IMG/VR virus record: IMGVR_UViG_3300029081_000013
Location: 1-6,124 of that record
Direction: 5' to 3' (one strand)
From: a virus
Length of the DNA: 6,124 nt
The position numbers and the translations under genes were made by a program. Below are positions 5,911-6,124 of this stretch, one piece after another; positions within the stretch are counted from its first letter, which is position 1, and each line of letters opens with the position of its first letter. The notes beneath the pieces are model-generated. The model was given only the letters and a program-made list of their open reading frames with translations. It was not told where the DNA came from and searched no databases.

Positions 5911-6124
5911 ATTTAACCAAAACCAAACTTTTGAAAGTAATAACGTTTTTCTCATCGGCCGTAGGCCGCAAATGTTCGACCTATTATTTTGGTAGAACTT
6001 CGGTAGAAAAGTAGTAATCTTCTTTCCTTTATATTTAGCTTTTATTAACCATATTCATATTGTTTCCTTATTGTTTTATATTATATTTGCGTAACAGAAG
6101 TAAATACCATCGTTCTGGCGGAAC

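Noticed and set aside
5999-6009. TTCGGTAGAAA exact 11-mer repeated at 180-190, and GGTAGAA repeated at 5991 and 6002.
   Set aside because: One or more 11-mer coincidences are expected by chance in a 6-kb AT-biased sequence, and the second copy lies inside a coding region.

Overview
This window is a complete circular ssDNA Microviridae-type phage genome of about 6025 nt, gokushovirus-like in gene content. It is presented with a 99-nt terminal overlap: positions 1-99 are identical to 6026-6124. All convincing genes sit on the + strand, which is T-rich at third codon positions, and they form a tightly packed, apparently translationally coupled chain. In order these are a 78-aa acidic ORF, a 31-aa ORF whose TGA overlaps the Rep ATG (TGATG), a 496/497-aa HUH rolling-circle replication initiator, a 563-aa jelly-roll major capsid protein (VP1), a 155-aa putative scaffold-like protein, an intrinsic-terminator hairpin, and a Gly/Ala-rich VP2/DNA-pilot-like protein. 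The rep gene is the only one with a clear Shine-Dalgarno sequence (AAGGAG). Rep carries the conserved Cys cluster, motif 1 (CVFITLTY), the HUH motif (HYH) and the paired catalytic tyrosines (YVASYVN). The region after VP2 through to rep (about 1.15 kb) is the interesting part. It contains a 45-aa single-pass transmembrane peptide with a basic tail, which is a candidate single-gene lysis protein. It also holds a palindrome-rich ATTAG iterated element, nested inverted repeats, two doubtful small ORFs with deviating codon usage, and an AT-rich intergenic stretch with a perfect 10-bp hairpin, which is a candidate origin/promoter region. The long minus-strand and +1-frame ORFs in the track are best explained by the T3-rich codon bias of the real genes.
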